From: Dimorphilus gyrociliatus
Taxonomy: Eukaryota > Animalia > Annelida
DNA: 64,000 nt
Direction of reading: 5' to 3'
Assembly (NCBI GenBank): GCA_904063045.1
Contig: CAJFCJ010000006.1
Coordinates: 1,183,771 to 1,247,770 of the forward strand
The notes under the pieces were generated by a model. That model did not search any database, was not told the origin of the DNA, and saw only the letters and a program-made list of their open reading frames with translations. The position numbers and the translations under genes were made by a program. Shown here one piece after another: positions 62,220-64,000 of the stretch (within the stretch, counting starts at the first letter, position 1; the number at the start of each line of letters is the position of its first letter).

Positions 62220-64000
62220 TTAGTGATTCCTTTTGTTATTTTCATAAGAAGAGAGGTTAGCAACGTGACCTGACGTGCAGTAAATACTCGAATTTAAATT
62301 GTCTACTCTTGAGCTTTCAGGCTTCTCTTCAATATCTTTTGCGTTGTCCCGTTTTTTCGCTTTTTTCCGCTTTCTGGATAGAATGAGGAGAAGTGCTACG
62401 ATTACCCTGTTCTTGAATGCTTTTACGAATGTACTCTTGGTCTGTTTGAAGATTACCGAAGGTTCATATATGCTCATAGAGGTCATACGTAATTATTTTC
62501 GTTTTACCTTTTGAACATCCCGAAATGCGGCTACGATAAATTCTAGCAACAGTATGAGAACTGCCAAGCCTATCCCAACGGCTATGAAGTAGAACACTCC
62601 CAACAGACTTTCTAAAGTTTGCGATCGGGCTGCCGTTTTAGAAGAGCCTAAAGAACGATAAGTGTCCTCTTTTAAGTATGCATAAACGATATACTAAAAA
62701 TATACTGCATATATATTTAAAGAACAGAAAGAAAAGAGGATGAAAATTTAGATGGGATTAGGCACTAACTAGATTGCGTAGCTGAGCAGGGTCCAGCAAA
62801 CCATTTCCTGTGAAGCGTTTCTAAATACCCGCTTTGTCGGAGCATTAAAATTTCCAATGTGAACGGCGTTAAGTAGGGACTGTTACGCTACGGATTGGCT
62901 TTGAAAGATCGTTTGAAGGGATTCAACACCCGCTTCTATTTTCAATGTTAAAAGACGAATCGTTAATTAGCCACCTAGAGTGAAGGCAATCAATTCTACC
63001 CTGTTCCCTTTCTATACCCCTTTTAAACCCCCCCATCGGATTCATTCTCAAATTATACGGTATTATGCATTCTACGAAGTCACTTTTATGAGTCGAAACC
63101 TTCAAAGCCAATCCGTAGCCAAATTTATTAAAATCGTTTCCGATAATTAAGGTATTACAAGGCTTGATGTTTGAAGCGTATTCCAAAGGGGCCGAATCCC
63201 ATACAAATGCGTAACGTTCATCTGAAAGAAAATGGTAATAAGAAATTACAAGATGAAATAAAAAAGGGCTATTAATCGAAAGTAATTAATTACTTTTGGG
63301 TTTCCCGTAGGACTCTTGAACTTTTCGAATGCCAGCTTCCGCTGTATCAACGTATGTTCCGTCGGCGTTCATAATTGCGAACATAGTTTTATAAGGATCT
63401 ACCAGCTGTTGAGCGAAGAATCTCTGAGGGGCGGAATTTTTCACAGTTCCGTATTCAATATCTCTTTGTTTGGCTAAGTCGTTAACCGATTGAATTCCAG
63501 TATCCAATCGCTTTACCGTCAAAAAGGCGGCCAAATTAGCCGTATACGAAGCAGAGATAACCATTACTGCAAACCACCAAGTACCAAACACGATTCTGGC
63601 AGATAAGCATTTCGGATAAGTTTCAGTCCCTTGTTGCATCCAACACCCATAAGTCGCCCAGAGACTATTACATAAAGTAAGGTTCTCATGTTCCGTTTCG
63701 TTATCCAATTGAGCATAATATCCCAAGCTATAGGGACTAAGTCGACTGCAGATGCAAGTTATCACAGAACAAATAATAAAAGTGCCTACTACGGCTGCCC
63801 ATAATCCCTTTTCAAAGGGCTCCAAGTATCCGTATATATTCACTTTCTCTACTTCCTTGGACAATAGTAATTTAAGCCCTAGGTCCATGTATGGTTTTGT
63901 AAAACCAACAACCTGTTGTCTCTCATAATTTATAGTCAGGGGAGCAACAGCCATATCAATTTCCTCACTCATCACTTCGCCGATCAAGCCGTTCCATTTT
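62220..64000 (-). CDS. Ionotropic glutamate receptor, non-NMDA (kainate/AMPA-like), 3' part
   Basis: APLTINYER..VVGFTKPYMDLG, pore WMQQG, SYTANLAAFLT, IEYGTVKNS, AFVWDS, GYGLALK|RNSPY...LHRKWF...C and M4 LLGVFYFIAVGIGLAVLILLLEF. Exons >64000-63294, 63221-63100, 62887-62770, 62647-62508 and 62441-62220 are all phase-consistent. Confidence 0.95.
62887..63119. repeat. Perfect 19-bp inverted repeat joining an exon end to the next 3' splice site
   Basis: 62887-62905 GCTACGGATTGGCTTTGAA is the exact reverse complement of 63101-63119 TTCAAAGCCAATCCGTAGC. Confidence 0.97.

Noticed and set aside
63631-63636. Q/R-site editing duplex at the MQQG pore codons
   Set aside because: No complementary element was seen by eye and the site is mid-exon; a folding run would be needed to exclude it fully.
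1-64000. CRISPR arrays, rRNA, tRNA, transposase/RT ORFs or bacterial contamination
   Set aside because: None seen; even the bacterial-type NlpC/P60 domain is interrupted by spliceosomal introns.

Overview
Eukaryotic (animal) DNA: AT-rich and gene-dense, with mostly 45-150 nt GT-AG introns. The protostome-type miR-8 and very compact spacing suggest a compact-genome lophotrochozoan, possibly the annelid Dimorphilus gyrociliatus (inference, not checked). About 19 protein-coding loci were reconstructed by hand: TAF1 (partial), RBM7, GH20 beta-hexosaminidase, a BTB/AT-hook/8xC2H2 protein, DCX-EMAP, an NlpC/P60-domain protein, a MOLO-1-like TPM protein with a decayed tandem copy, a lachesin/IgLON-like protein, an acidic disordered coiled-coil protein, a calbindin-like EF-hand protein, an SH3-less CAS protein, an acidic secreted protein, a tandem ZPBP-like membrane protein, an SLC5A transporter, ABCC4, two RGS3-N-like C2-PDZ paralogues and a non-NMDA glutamate receptor (partial). 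There is also an intronic mir-8 hairpin and a set of CTCF-type motifs at gene boundaries. Two signals stand out. (1) In the glutamate receptor, the last 18 nt of a 212-nt intron (including the AG acceptor) plus the first base of the next exon are the exact reverse complement of a 19-nt stretch at the end of the upstream exon; this lies next to the region equivalent to the vertebrate R/G-edit and flip/flop site, and the loop carries a G-quadruplex-like motif. (2) mir-8 lies inside the NlpC/P60 gene, which may echo the vertebrate miR-200/TTLL10 linkage. Exon boundaries were read by eye; no database searches were run.
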